NCBI GenBank assembly: GCA_016190985.1
Contig: JACPPI010000006.1
Coordinates: 112,526-176,525 of the forward strand
Reading direction: 5' to 3'
Length of the DNA: 64,000 bases
DNA from: Opitutia bacterium
Lineage (GTDB): Bacteria; Verrucomicrobiota; Verrucomicrobiia; Opitutales; Opitutaceae
Of the stretch, positions 53,321 through 64,000 are shown piece by piece. The notes under the pieces are model-generated. The model worked only from the letters and a program-made list of their open reading frames with translations, was not told the origin of the DNA and made no database searches. The translations under genes were made by a program, and so were the position numbers. Each line of letters starts with the position of its first letter. Position 1 is the first letter of the stretch.

Positions 53321-55228
53321 TCACTCCACCTTGAAGTTGACCGGCGGCGGGGCGGGGCGCTCGCTCTTGTTTTTCCAGGCCTCAAGGATGCTGTGCACCA
53401 CGGGTGCGGCGAAGGTGCCGCCGCCGAAATTGTTGTCGTCCTCCGCGCCTTCGAGCACGACGGCGACGGCGATGCGGGGATCCTCCAGCGGGGCGAACGA
53501 CACGAGCCACGCGAGGTCGATGCGGCCTTTTTGCGCCGTGCCGGATTTGGCCGCGCCACTCAGGCCGTCCACCCGGGCGAGGCGGCCGGTGCCGAACTGG
53601 TAGCAGGCGGCCATGCCCTTGAGGATCACGTTGTAGTCGGAGGGCGAAAGGCCGAGCGGGGCGGTGTGCTGCGCGGGGCGGTTGGGGTCGTGGAGCAGCG
53701 TGGGCCTGGTCTCGGTCTCGCCCCGGGCGAAGGAGGCGACCATGCACGCGGCCTGCAGCGGCGTGATGAGGGTGTCGCCCTGGCCGATGGAGATGTTGGC
53801 GGTGTCGCCGGGGAACCAGCGTTCGTGCATGTTGGCCTGCTTCCACGCCGGGTCGGCCACGCGGGGGTGCTTGAACTCTGCTGGCAGTTCGATGCCGGTG
53901 GGGTGGCCGTAGCCGAACCGCCGGGCCTCGGTGGCGATGAAGTCGGGCGTGGTGGCGAGGCCGTATTTGTAGAAAAACACGTTGCAGGAGACTTGGATCG
54001 CCTTGACGAGGTCGATGTTGGGGCCGTGGCCGTTCTTCGCGTTGCAGGGGAACCGCCGGTTGCCGACCATGTAGTAACCCGGGCAGTCGACCGTGGAGAC
54101 GCCCGGCTCGATCGTGCCGGCGCGCAGGCCGGCGATGGCGGTGATGATCTTGAAGGTCGAGCCGGGGGGATACTGGCCCTGGATGGCGCGGTTGAGCCAG
54201 CCGCCGGATTCCTCAATGGCCTTGGCCCCCTCGTGCGAAAGCCGCGGCACGAAATTGTTCAGGTCGTAATCCGGCTTGGAGACGAGCGCGAGCACCTCGC
54301 CGGTGCGGATATCAAGGGCGACGGCGGCGCCGGTGCGGCCCTCCATCGCCGACTCCGCCGCCTGTTGCAGCTCGATGTCCAGGCTGGTGACGAGGTTTTT
54401 GCCCTGCACGGGCAGACGCTTTTCGATGGGGAGGTCCACCTTGTAGCCGGCGGGGTCGACGAGGTAGATCGCCCCGCCGGTCTCGCCCTGCAGCTGCGCG
54501 TCAAACACCTGCTCGAGGCCGGTGCGGCCCGTCGCGCCCTTCATCTTGAAGGTCAGCAGGTCCTCGCCGGGGAAATCCTCCACCTCGGGATCGCTGTCGA
54601 CGCTGGTGTAGCCGAGGGTGTGGGCGGCGGCGCTGGCGTGGGGATAGAAGCGCGAGCTGGTGGCGTAGACCTGGAGCGGTGAGGTGACGGGCAGGCGCTC
54701 GATCAGCCGCGCGTATTCCTCGGGGGCGAGGTCGTCGAGCAGCACGTAGGGCAGCAGCAGGGTCTGGTTGACGTGCCGGTTCAGGTCCGCGGTGCGCACG
54801 GTTTCGTGGCGGTTGAGGATGAAGTTGATCTTGTCGAGGTAGCGCTGCGCGACCGAGGCCCGGGCGATGCGGGCGAGCTGGTCGGCGTCGGGGCGCTCGG
54901 CCGCGTCGAGCTTGCTGTAGTTGACGCGGACCTTCTTGAACTCGTCGCGGAATTCCCCGCGCAGCTCGGCGAGGTTGAGCACGACGGAGAAGCGCGCGCG
55001 GTTGCCGACGAGGACGTTGCCGTCGCGGTCGTAGATGTTGCCGCGCGGGCCGGGCACGACGACCCGGCGCTGGTTTTGCAGGCGCTCGCGCTCGTTGTAG
55101 AGGCCGGACCGGAACAGCTGGCGGTAGGCCATGCCGGTCGCGAGCGTGAGGAGCAGGCCGGCCACGATCCCGTGGAAGAGGAACAGCCGCGGGTTGCGGG
55201 CGCGGTGGGACTCGATAAGCTTGCTCAC
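53321..55228 (-). CDS. mrdA: Penicillin-binding protein 2
   Basis: PRGNIYDR, YP-x-x-S-x-AAH-x-LGY, PGSTFK (SxxK), SCN (SxN), KSGTAQ (KTG-like); downstream of mreBCD. Confidence 0.93.
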   Translation of the reverse strand: MSKLIESHRARNPRLFLFHGIVAGLLLTLATGMAYRQLFRSGLYNERERLQNQRRVVVPGPRGNIYDRDGNVLVGNRARFSVVLNLAELRGEFRDEFKKVRVNYSKLDAAERPDADQLARIARASVAQRYLDKINFILNRHETVRTADLNRHVNQTLLLPYVLLDDLAPEEYARLIERLPVTSPLQVYATSSRFYPHASAAAHTLGYTSVDSDPEVEDFPGEDLLTFKMKGATGRTGLEQVFDAQLQGETGGAIYLVDPAGYKVDLPIEKRLPVQGKNLVTSLDIELQQAAESAMEGRTGAAVALDIRTGEVLALVSKPDYDLNNFVPRLSHEGAKAIEESGGWLNRAIQGQYPPGSTFKIITAIAGLRAGTIEPGVSTVDCPGYYMVGNRRFPCNAKNGHGPNIDLVKAIQVSCNVFFYKYGLATTPDFIATEARRFGYGHPTGIELPAEFKHPRVADPAWKQANMHERWFPGDTANISIGQGDTLITPLQAACMVASFARGETETRPTLLHDPNRPAQHTAPLGLSPSDYNVILKGMAACYQFGTGRLARVDGLSGAAKSGTAQKGRIDLAWLVSFAPLEDPRIAVAVVLEGAEDDNNFGGGTFAAPVVHSILEAWKNKSERPAPPPVNFKVE

Positions 55229-55261
55229 GGTGAAAGGGATTCAGACGGAGACAGCGAGGAG

Positions 55262-55452
55262 AACCACGAACGAACACGAAGCGACACGAAGGTGGAAACC
55301 GCGAGGTGGCTGTGGTGACGGGCGCTGGTTTTCTTAACCACGGATTTCCCGGATGGGGACGGATAGGCGGAGAGATTGGAGGCGGGGTTCTTCACGCGGG
55401 GCTGCTTGTTTTTTAATCCGTTGTATCCGTGGGAATCAGTGAAATCCGTGGT
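55262..55452. repeat. CACGAA and CACGGAT short-tandem inverted elements between mreD and mrdA
   Basis: accacgaacgaacacgaagcgacacgaag (55262-90); ccacggatttcccggatggggacggat...atccgtgggaatcagtgaaatccgtgg (55338-452). Confidence 0.75.
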
Positions 55453-55498
55453 CAAAAAAATCCGCGATTCGGTCTGTGCGCCACGAATGCAGTTTGAT

Positions 55499-56032
55499 TC
55501 AGGTCATCACCCGTCTTCCGGTCTCGGGATGGATCGACACCAGGTCCATGGCGCGGTCCTGCAGGGCGAGAAACCACGGGGTGATGACCAGGAGCAGCAC
55601 CTGGGAGGCGAGCAGGTCGGCGAAGATGCGCAGCCAGGCCGAGGCCGGCCGGGGGTTGGCGCCGACCAGCAGGAAGGAGAGCGCGATGACGAGGAACAGG
55701 TTGGCCAGCAGCGCCACGACGGCGCCGAACACCGCGCCTTCGCGCGGGAACCGCTGGCGGCCGTAAAGGAGGGTGGCATGGACGAGCCCGAGCAACAGCA
55801 GGCTCGTGCCGTAGGGCACCGGCTCCACGGCGTCGATCAGCAGCCCGGTCAGCACGACGGCGACGAGGCCGTGCTTCCGGTCGAGCCGGAGCGAGGCGTA
55901 GACGACAAAGAGTCCGCCGACGTAGAGATGCACGGCGGAGTCCGCGAGGTAGCTGTTGGCCAGGCCGACCAGCCACCAGAGCAGCAGGTTGGCGCCAAAG
56001 GCGATGAGCCAGCGCGGGTCGTATTTACGCAT
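55499..56032 (-). CDS. mreD: MreD-like membrane protein
   Basis: Five hydrophobic helices with GLLID-x-x-x-x-x-PYG; lies between mreC and mrdA. Symbol assigned mainly from position. Confidence 0.65.
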   Translation of the reverse strand: MRKYDPRWLIAFGANLLLWWLVGLANSYLADSAVHLYVGGLFVVYASLRLDRKHGLVAVVLTGLLIDAVEPVPYGTSLLLLGLVHATLLYGRQRFPREGAVFGAVVALLANLFLVIALSFLLVGANPRPASAWLRIFADLLASQVLLLVITPWFLALQDRAMDLVSIHPETGRRVMT

Positions 56033-56052
56033 GGGGGGCGGGGGCGCTTGGA

Positions 56053-56382
56053 GGTGGAGCGGCCTGACCCCAGGACGCTTCAAGCGCGTTGCGGTCAACG
56101 CGCTCCACCTGGCTTGTCATCGCGAGGACCGCATGGCGGGCCGTGGCGATCCAGTCCCTCGACAAGCTCGGGACCTTGAGCCCGTCGAAACGGCCGGATT
56201 GCTTCGTCGTCGCCCAGAGCGGGACTCCTCGCAATGACTGCTTGTCACTCATCACGGCTTCTCCCGCCTGCGCTGCTGCGCAGCTACGGCGCGGCAAGGG
56301 GCTTTGCTGGTGCGCGGTGCAGACATCATAATTCCTCCGGGTTGACCCGCCTGCGCTGCGCTGCAGCTACGGCGCGGCATGG
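56053..56382. repeat. Stack of four miniature repeat families between mreC and mreD
   Basis: GGTGGAGCG doublet 56053-109; gtcatcgcgagg...ctcgcaatgac 56116-238 with nested ccctcgacaagctcggg 56156-193; two gcagctacggcgcggca units at 56264-299 and 56346-382. Confidence 0.8.
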
Positions 56383-56393
56383 CGGCACTGGCT

Positions 56394-57230
56394 TCATAGT
56401 TCCTCGGGGTCCAAGGGGACCAACACCGTGACCTCAGTCAGCGTGCCGAGGCGCTCGTCGAGCGCGACCTCGCCGCTCTTGAACAGCCCGTCGGTGCTGG
56501 GCTCCAGATGGGTGATGTCGCCGATGGCCAGGCCGGGCGGGAAGACACCCCCGAGGCCGGAGGTCACGAGGCGGCGGGGCGCGTTTTTGCTGGCGATGAT
56601 GTCGAGCGGCACGAATTCCACCGTGCCGCGCGGGGAGCGGAAGGAATCGTTCAACCCGCCCTGGTAGCTGATGGGCTTGTTGTCGCCGCTGACCGTGGCG
56701 GCGAGGCGGAACGTGGGACTGGTGAGCAGGTCGACCACGGCGGTGTAGCGGTGCACCTCGATCACGCGGCCGACGATGCCGCCCGAGAACACCACGGGCG
56801 CGCCGACCGGAATGCCGTAGTTCTCGCCCTTGCGGATGATGATGCGCTGCCACCAGCCCGAGAAATCCCGCCGGGCCACGCGCGCGGGCTCGAACCGGAA
56901 GGCCGGCATCGAGGGCAGCTTGAGCAGGTTCTCCAGGCGCAGGATCTCGGCCTCCAGCTCCTTGTTCTGCTGCACACTGAATTCGTATTGGGCGATCAGG
57001 CCGGATAGGTCCTTGCCGGCCTTGAGCAGCTCATCCTTCGAGTGCAGACGGTTCGACCAGAAATTCTGCAGGTCCTGCACATAGGAATCGGCGACGATGA
57101 GCGGGGCCTGGATGGCGAAGAAGGTGGCGCGGGTGAACGTCTTCAACACCAGCGGCAGCAGCAGCCACACCAGCAGGATCACGCCGAGCGTGAAAAAGGG
57201 ACGGGCTTGGTCGAAGCGTTTGGGGAGCAC
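56394..57230 (-). CDS. mreC: Rod shape-determining protein MreC
   Basis: N-terminal TM and coiled coil (EAEILRLENLL), ARVARRD, G-x-PVV-x-x-GGIVGRV, VTSGLGGVFPPGL-x-IG. Confidence 0.92.
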   Translation of the reverse strand: MLPKRFDQARPFFTLGVILLVWLLLPLVLKTFTRATFFAIQAPLIVADSYVQDLQNFWSNRLHSKDELLKAGKDLSGLIAQYEFSVQQNKELEAEILRLENLLKLPSMPAFRFEPARVARRDFSGWWQRIIIRKGENYGIPVGAPVVFSGGIVGRVIEVHRYTAVVDLLTSPTFRLAATVSGDNKPISYQGGLNDSFRSPRGTVEFVPLDIIASKNAPRRLVTSGLGGVFPPGLAIGDITHLEPSTDGLFKSGEVALDERLGTLTEVTVLVPLDPEEL

Positions 57231-57260
57231 GGCGCGGGCGGCGGTTCAGCCGGGCCGGAC

Positions 57261-58286
57261 TCAGAAGTCCGCGGCGATGCGGTGTAGCTCGTCGATGTTG
57301 GTCAGGAACACGCCGGTGCCGTTGGCCACGGCGGAGAGCGGGTCGTCGGACACGGTGACCGGCAGGCCGGTCTTCTCGGAGAGCAATTTGTCGATGCCGC
57401 GGATGAGCGAGCCGCCGCCGGCCATGACGAAGCCGCGGTCGACGAGGTCAGCCGAGAGCTCGGGCGGGCAGCGCTCGAGCGCGGCGCGGACGGCCTCGAC
57501 GATGGCGCCGACGGTGTCGGCCATGGCCTCGCGGATTTCCTGGGAGGTGATGTGGATGGTCTTGGGCAGGCCGGCGACGGAGTCGCGGCCCTTGACCTCC
57601 ATGGCCAGCTCGGTCTCGAGCGGGTAGGCGGAGCCGATGGTGACCTTGATCTCTTCCGCCGTGCGCTCGCCGATCAGCAGGTTGTAGGCGCGCTTCATGT
57701 AGTTGATGATGGCGAGGTCGAACTCGTCGCCGGCGACGCGGATGGACTTGGAAAACACGATGCCGGAGAGCGAGATGATCGCGATCTCCGTGGTGCCGCC
57801 GCCGATGTCGACGATCATGTTGGCGGCGGGTTCGTCGACCGGCAGGCCGACGCCGAGCGCGGCGGCCATGGGCTCGAGGATGGTGATGACCTCGCGGGCG
57901 CCGGCGTGCGTGGCGGACTCCTTGACGGCGCGCTTCTCGACCTCGGTGATGCCGGAGGGGATGGCGACGACGACGCGTGGGGACACAACCTTGGAGTTGT
58001 TGTGCACCTTCTTGATGAAGTAGCGGAGCATCGCCTCGGTGATGTCGAAGTCGGCGATGACGCCGTCCTTCATCGGGCGGATGGCGGTGATGTTGCCCGG
58101 GGTGCGGCCGAGCATCTTCTTGGCCTCGTCCCCGACGGCGAGCACCTTGCGGGAGGTGGTGTGGACCGCGACGACACTGGGCTCGCGGAGCACGATGCCC
58201 TTGTCCTTGACGTAGACGAGGGTGTTGGCCGTGCCCAAGTCGATGCCGATGTCGTTGGAGAAAAGTCCCAGCAGTTGGTTGAACAT
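57261..58286 (-). CDS. mreB: Rod shape-determining protein MreB
   Basis: [49 protein letters not shown]. Confidence 0.98.
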   Translation of the reverse strand: MFNQLLGLFSNDIGIDLGTANTLVYVKDKGIVLREPSVVAVHTTSRKVLAVGDEAKKMLGRTPGNITAIRPMKDGVIADFDITEAMLRYFIKKVHNNSKVVSPRVVVAIPSGITEVEKRAVKESATHAGAREVITILEPMAAALGVGLPVDEPAANMIVDIGGGTTEIAIISLSGIVFSKSIRVAGDEFDLAIINYMKRAYNLLIGERTAEEIKVTIGSAYPLETELAMEVKGRDSVAGLPKTIHITSQEIREAMADTVGAIVEAVRAALERCPPELSADLVDRGFVMAGGGSLIRGIDKLLSEKTGLPVTVSDDPLSAVANGTGVFLTNIDELHRIAADF

Positions 58287-58455
58287 TGGTGGCGGGGGCG
58301 GGGGGGTTGGAGAATACAAGCCGCCCACGGGCGAAATTGTCAAAAGCAAACTCGCTGGCGAAAAAGGGGTTAGGGCAGGGGGTGGAGAAAGCACCGTTGT
58401 GGCCTGCCGGCCACCGGGTGCTTGTCCGCGGATCTTGGCTGCGTGAAACCTACGC

Positions 58456-58483
58456 AAAAAAAGCGCGCCCGTGAAGGCGCGCT
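58456..58483 (-). terminator. Rho-independent terminator after tatA
   Basis: Minus strand agcgcgcc-ttcacg-ggcgcgct followed by a T run. Confidence 0.7.
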
Positions 58484-58507
58484 GATGCCTTGAAGATTGC
58501 TATGCGC

Positions 58508-58729
58508 TCAGTTGTTGCCGGGTTTCTGGCCGGTGTCGGGTTTCTTTTCGTCCTTGTCGTCGTCTTCCTTGGCGGCCTTCTTGAATTCCTTGATGGACTG
58601 GCCGAGGCCCTTGGCCAGCGCGGGGAGCTTGGCGCCGCCGAACAGCAGCATGATAATCACCAGGATGATGATCAGCTCGGTGGTGCCGAGGCCGAAGATG
58701 GCCAGGAGGGTGGGCGGGTGTGGAAGCAT
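58508..58729 (-). CDS. tatA: Twin-arginine translocase TatA/TatE subunit
   Basis: [15 protein letters not shown]-x-KLP-x-LAKGLG-x-SIKEFKK. Confidence 0.93.
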   Translation of the reverse strand: MLPHPPTLLAIFGLGTTELIIILVIIMLLFGGAKLPALAKGLGQSIKEFKKAAKEDDDKDEKKPDTGQKPGNN

Positions 58730-58777
58730 GGCGGGAGGTTAGTTTGGCCGGAAGGTGAGTAAAGGCGGAAAGCGGCC

Positions 58778-60712
<1,935 letters not shown>

Positions 60713-60769
60713 GACGTAAATGATATGGCCCTGGGCGGCTTACAGGCGGTCGGCGCGGGTGGTCTGTCC

Positions 60770-62614
60770 TCACAAACCCAGCGAAAGCTTCGGCGTATTT
60801 TGGAGCTGTCGGTGGATTTCGGCGCGCTGTTTCAAGAGGGAAAGTAGGTCAGATTCAACATCCGTGCCTTTGGAGGCTATTTCAAGTTCTATTTGCCGCA
60901 GCCGGGGTTCGAGGAAGCGGCGTTGCAGCGAGCGCAATCCCTCGTTGGCCAGCTTGGTCAGGTCGTCGTCCGCGGCGGCCTCAAACAGCAGCGACGCGAC
61001 GAGGGCCTTTTCCTCCTCTGTCTCAAGGAGTTGGTCGAGGTTGTCGCGGCCGGTCCAGCCGTTGTGCGCGACCTCGGCGAGGAGCCGGTCGAGCAGCCGG
61101 CCGGCGGTGTGGGAAACGTCGATCCACTGGTGCTGCAAATGGCCGGCGAGGGCGCGCAGCACCGGCTCGTGGTGCAGGCACAGGAAGAGCAGATGCGCCT
61201 CGGTGCCCTGGCGCTGGGTTTCGGCGGCCGGGCCCGGCTGGGCCGCGGGCGCCGGGGTCCGCCGCCGTTGCAGGATCGCGATCTCGTCGCGGATTGCCTC
61301 GGGCTTGATACCAAGGGACAGGGAGATCTCCCGCAGGTAGTGGTCCCGCGCAACCTGCGTCTCGGCATTCAGCGCGATTTCGACGAGGCTGCGCACGGCG
61401 TTCATGCGCTCGTTGAACGAGGCCTTGTCCGGCGCGGGCAGGTAGGCCTGTTTCGCGAACTGCATCGCGGACAGCGAGCCGCGTTTCATGTCGTCGTAGG
61501 CCCCGAGGCCCTTTTCCAGAAACAACAGGTCGGGGTCGAGCTTCTCCGTCCCCGCGAGCATTAGGAAGCGCACTTCCAGCCCGGCCTTCAACGCCATCGG
61601 CAAAAAGCGCAGCGCCGCTTTCTGCCCCGCGCTGTCGCTGTCGAAGAAGCACTCGACCTGCGGGTGATAGCGGCGCAATAGCGCGAGCTGGCCCTCGGTG
61701 ATCGAGGTGCCCTGCGGCGCGATGGCGGTCTTGAGGCCCACGCTCCAGCAGCGCAGGGCGTCGAGCTGACCCTCGACCAGCACGAAGGGATGGCCCTCGC
61801 TGGCGTGCGAGCGGGCGCGGTCGAGGTTGAAGAGCAGATTGCTCTTCGTGAAGATCGGCGTCTCGGGCGAGTTGACGTATTTCGCCTCGCGCGCCGGATC
61901 GTCGGCCGGCGTCAGCTCGAGCTGGCGCGCGGTGAACGCCACCACGCGGCCCTGGTGGTCGCGGATCGGGATCATGAGCCGGCCGCGGAAGCGCGGGCGC
62001 AGCGCGCCGAGCGTCAGCACGGCGCCGTCGCGCGTGAAGAACAGGCCGCACTGGCGCAGCGCGTCCTCGGAGAACTTCCGCTTGAGCAGCACAGCGGCGA
62101 GGCCGGTGTCCTCCGGCGGGGCGAAGCCGATCTTGAATTCGTCGGCCAGCTCCGGCGTGAACTTCCGGTTGTTGACCCAGTAGTCGCGGATGAATTCGCC
62201 GTGCGGCGTGGCCGCGAGGAAGGCCTGCCGGTAATGTTCGGCCGCGAGGTCGTGGATCTCGAAGATCTCCTGCCGCAGCGAGCGCGACTCCTTCGACGGC
62301 CCGCCGGAGCCCTCCTCGTATTCCAGCGTCACGGCGAAGCGCTGGGCGATGGCCTCGACCGCCTCGGTGAACTGCAGGCCCTCGGTCGCCATGACGAAGT
62401 TGATCACGTCGCCCGCCTTGCCGCAGCCGAAGCATTTGTAGAACCCCTTGTCGGCGGAGACATTGAACGACGGCGTCTTCTCCGAGTGGAACGGGCACAG
62501 GCCCTTGAAGCGCCCGCTGCCGGCCTTCTTGAGGGCCACCACCCGCACCACGACATCGTGGATGTTCACCCGGTTCTTCAGGTCGCGCAGGCTGTTGGCT
62601 TTGATGACGGGCAC
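60770..62614 (-). CDS. dnaG: DNA primase
   Basis: Zinc finger CPFHSEKTPSF...CFGC, FRGRLMIPI, KYVNSPET, VEG-x-x-D, GTS, D-x-D-x-AG, DPD. Confidence 0.97.
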   Translation of the reverse strand: MPVIKANSLRDLKNRVNIHDVVVRVVALKKAGSGRFKGLCPFHSEKTPSFNVSADKGFYKCFGCGKAGDVINFVMATEGLQFTEAVEAIAQRFAVTLEYEEGSGGPSKESRSLRQEIFEIHDLAAEHYRQAFLAATPHGEFIRDYWVNNRKFTPELADEFKIGFAPPEDTGLAAVLLKRKFSEDALRQCGLFFTRDGAVLTLGALRPRFRGRLMIPIRDHQGRVVAFTARQLELTPADDPAREAKYVNSPETPIFTKSNLLFNLDRARSHASEGHPFVLVEGQLDALRCWSVGLKTAIAPQGTSITEGQLALLRRYHPQVECFFDSDSAGQKAALRFLPMALKAGLEVRFLMLAGTEKLDPDLLFLEKGLGAYDDMKRGSLSAMQFAKQAYLPAPDKASFNERMNAVRSLVEIALNAETQVARDHYLREISLSLGIKPEAIRDEIAILQRRRTPAPAAQPGPAAETQRQGTEAHLLFLCLHHEPVLRALAGHLQHQWIDVSHTAGRLLDRLLAEVAHNGWTGRDNLDQLLETEEEKALVASLLFEAAADDDLTKLANEGLRSLQRRFLEPRLRQIELEIASKGTDVESDLLSLLKQRAEIHRQLQNTPKLSLGL

Positions 62615-62624
62615 GGTGCATTAG

Positions 62625-62767
62625 CTGTAGCGGCGGTCTGTGACCGTCGCCGAGCACAAAATGGGCGGGTGCAATCCCTGCCTGCCGGTCGATGGGTAGG
62701 GCGGGTTATCCTTAACCCGCCGTTCCGGGGATGTCCGCCCGGCGCGTTAAGGATAACGCGCCCCACC
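62625..62767. repeat. GTAG-type REP half copy plus a REP doublet upstream of dnaG
   Basis: ctgtagcggcggtctgtgaccgtcg (62625-50); ggtagggcgggttatccttaacccgcc...ggcgcgttaaggataacgcgccccacc (62695-767). Confidence 0.75.
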
Positions 62768-62872
62768 GCTCATGAGTCGTGCAATTGTCATTGCCAGATT
62801 AAACTTTTATCTGTCGCTGCGGTCTGTCACGGTGCGCGCCCGTCCCATCGGACTGCGCCGCGCCTCATTCAC

Positions 62873-63958
62873 ATGCGTTTCCTTCTGCCGAAAACCGCCC
62901 TGATCCTTGCTCTTCTCGCCGCCGGTCCTTTGCCTGCGGATGCGAAGCAGTCCGCAGGACAAACACCGGGCGGGCAGCAGCCCGCAACGGTGCCCGCTCC
63001 GGTCTGGGAGCACAAGCTCATCGATTTCACCGACGCCGACTACCGCTACGCCGTCGAGCAGGTGTTGCAGGACTACGAGACCACGACCGGCCGCCGGCTC
63101 GTGCCCGGCGCGCGGAAAAAGGTAGGCCTGAAGATCTACGCCGACTCCGGCCCCGGGCTCGCGACACCGTTCGGACTCGTGCGTGCCCTCATCGCCTCGC
63201 TGGAAAAGCGCGGCTTTGGAAAACAAAACATCTTCCTCGTCGGACTGAACCCGCTGCGCCTGCGCCTCACCGGCTACCTGCCGTCGTTCGCGACCGGCAT
63301 CCTGCCGTTCCCCGGGCACCCGGTCTACGTGCTCGAGTCGGGCAAGTTCTACGATCCGGCCTGGTTCTACGACAGCCCGCTGCCCTCGCGCTTCGATCCG
63401 ATCTCGAACGACCAGGCGGTGAAAAACGCCGCCGGCGGCAAGGCCACCACCACCACCGAGGAGGACCGCAAGAGCTTCCTCGCCACGCCGCTGTTCCTCG
63501 ACGCCGATTTCTGGATCAACCTGCCGGTCTACACCGACCACCCCGTGCTCGGCATCAACGGCGCGCTGGTCAACGCCACGCTCTGGAACGCCTCGAACAC
63601 CTTCCGCTTCTTCAAGAGCCCCGCCACCGCGCCCGCCGCCGTCGCCGAGATGGCCGCCATCCCCGAGCTGCGCGAGAGCTGGGCGCTCACCTTCGCCAGC
63701 CTGCAGCTCTACCAGTTCATCGGCGGCCCGTATTTCAACTCCCTCTACACCGCCTCCGAGCCGCGCCTGCTCATGAGCCCCGACCCCGTGCTGATCGACT
63801 CGCTCATGCTCGAGCACATCAACGCCGTGCGGAAGCGCAACGGCTTCGACCCCGTGAGCGACGAGGAGGCCCGCATGCTCGACTTCGCCCAGCAGCTCGG
63901 CGTCGGCTCCACCGACACGAAGCGCATCAAGTGGCGGCGGGTGAACGAGGGGAAGTGA
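62873..63958 (+). CDS. Exported DUF362-like protein
   Basis: Signal peptide; VGLK, AD-x-x-INLPV-x-x-DH-x-x-x-G-x-x-GALVN, DPVLIDS resemble a degenerate DUF362 fold. Confidence 0.55.
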   Translation: MRFLLPKTALILALLAAGPLPADAKQSAGQTPGGQQPATVPAPVWEHKLIDFTDADYRYAVEQVLQDYETTTGRRLVPGARKKVGLKIYADSGPGLATPFGLVRALIASLEKRGFGKQNIFLVGLNPLRLRLTGYLPSFATGILPFPGHPVYVLESGKFYDPAWFYDSPLPSRFDPISNDQAVKNAAGGKATTTTEEDRKSFLATPLFLDADFWINLPVYTDHPVLGINGALVNATLWNASNTFRFFKSPATAPAAVAEMAAIPELRESWALTFASLQLYQFIGGPYFNSLYTASEPRLLMSPDPVLIDSLMLEHINAVRKRNGFDPVSDEEARMLDFAQQLGVGSTDTKRIKWRRVNEGK

Positions 63959-64000
63959 ACGAGGTGAGGTGGGTGGGGGCATTGAGCCCCGGCCGGTGGA

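Noticed and set aside
55225-55455. Short ORFs such as MTTDFTD... (also 40786-40980 and 56025-56431)
   Set aside because: They are translations of the intergenic repeat elements, with no independent sign of coding.
58290-58343. G-tracts and a TTGACA upstream of mreB as a phase-variable promoter
   Set aside because: The tracts are short and interrupted, and the best -10 is 21 nt from the -35; support is weak.

Overview
High-GC bacterial chromosome segment that looks like Opitutaceae (Verrucomicrobiota). This assignment is an inference from protein style, the long-form IspG and PVC-type intergenic repeats. The window is mostly core genome: a peptidoglycan-recycling cluster (anmK, murQ, GHL10 hydrolase, amidase, nagZ, Ala-Glu epimerase), nusA-infB-rbfA-DHH-truB-ribF, ligA, a dnaA with no dnaN beside it, uppS-cdsA-dxr-rseP-ispG, moxR-DUF58-transglutaminase, dnaG-rpoD-tatA, mreB-mreC-mreD-mrdA, and five tRNAs (Ser-TGA, Asp-GTC, Ala-CGC, Arg-TCT, Pro-GGG). 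Most notable: (1) a ~1.3 kb low-GC, integrase-less islet at the tRNA-Asp 3' end carrying a three-gene module (DUF6941-like, small acidic protein, RelE/YafQ-like toxin), bounded by a duplicated tRNA half with a 25-nt insertion in the T-loop; (2) a pseudo-histidine kinase (H-box His to Arg) with an intact receiver, co-oriented with a hybrid kinase that lacks an Hpt domain; (3) an M48 peptidase fused to a type IV pilin-like domain; (4) several families of miniature inverted repeats that sit at operon junctions, nest in each other, enter reading frames (ispG, transglutaminase) and pair with tRNA CCA ends. No database searches were possible; family names come from motif recognition.
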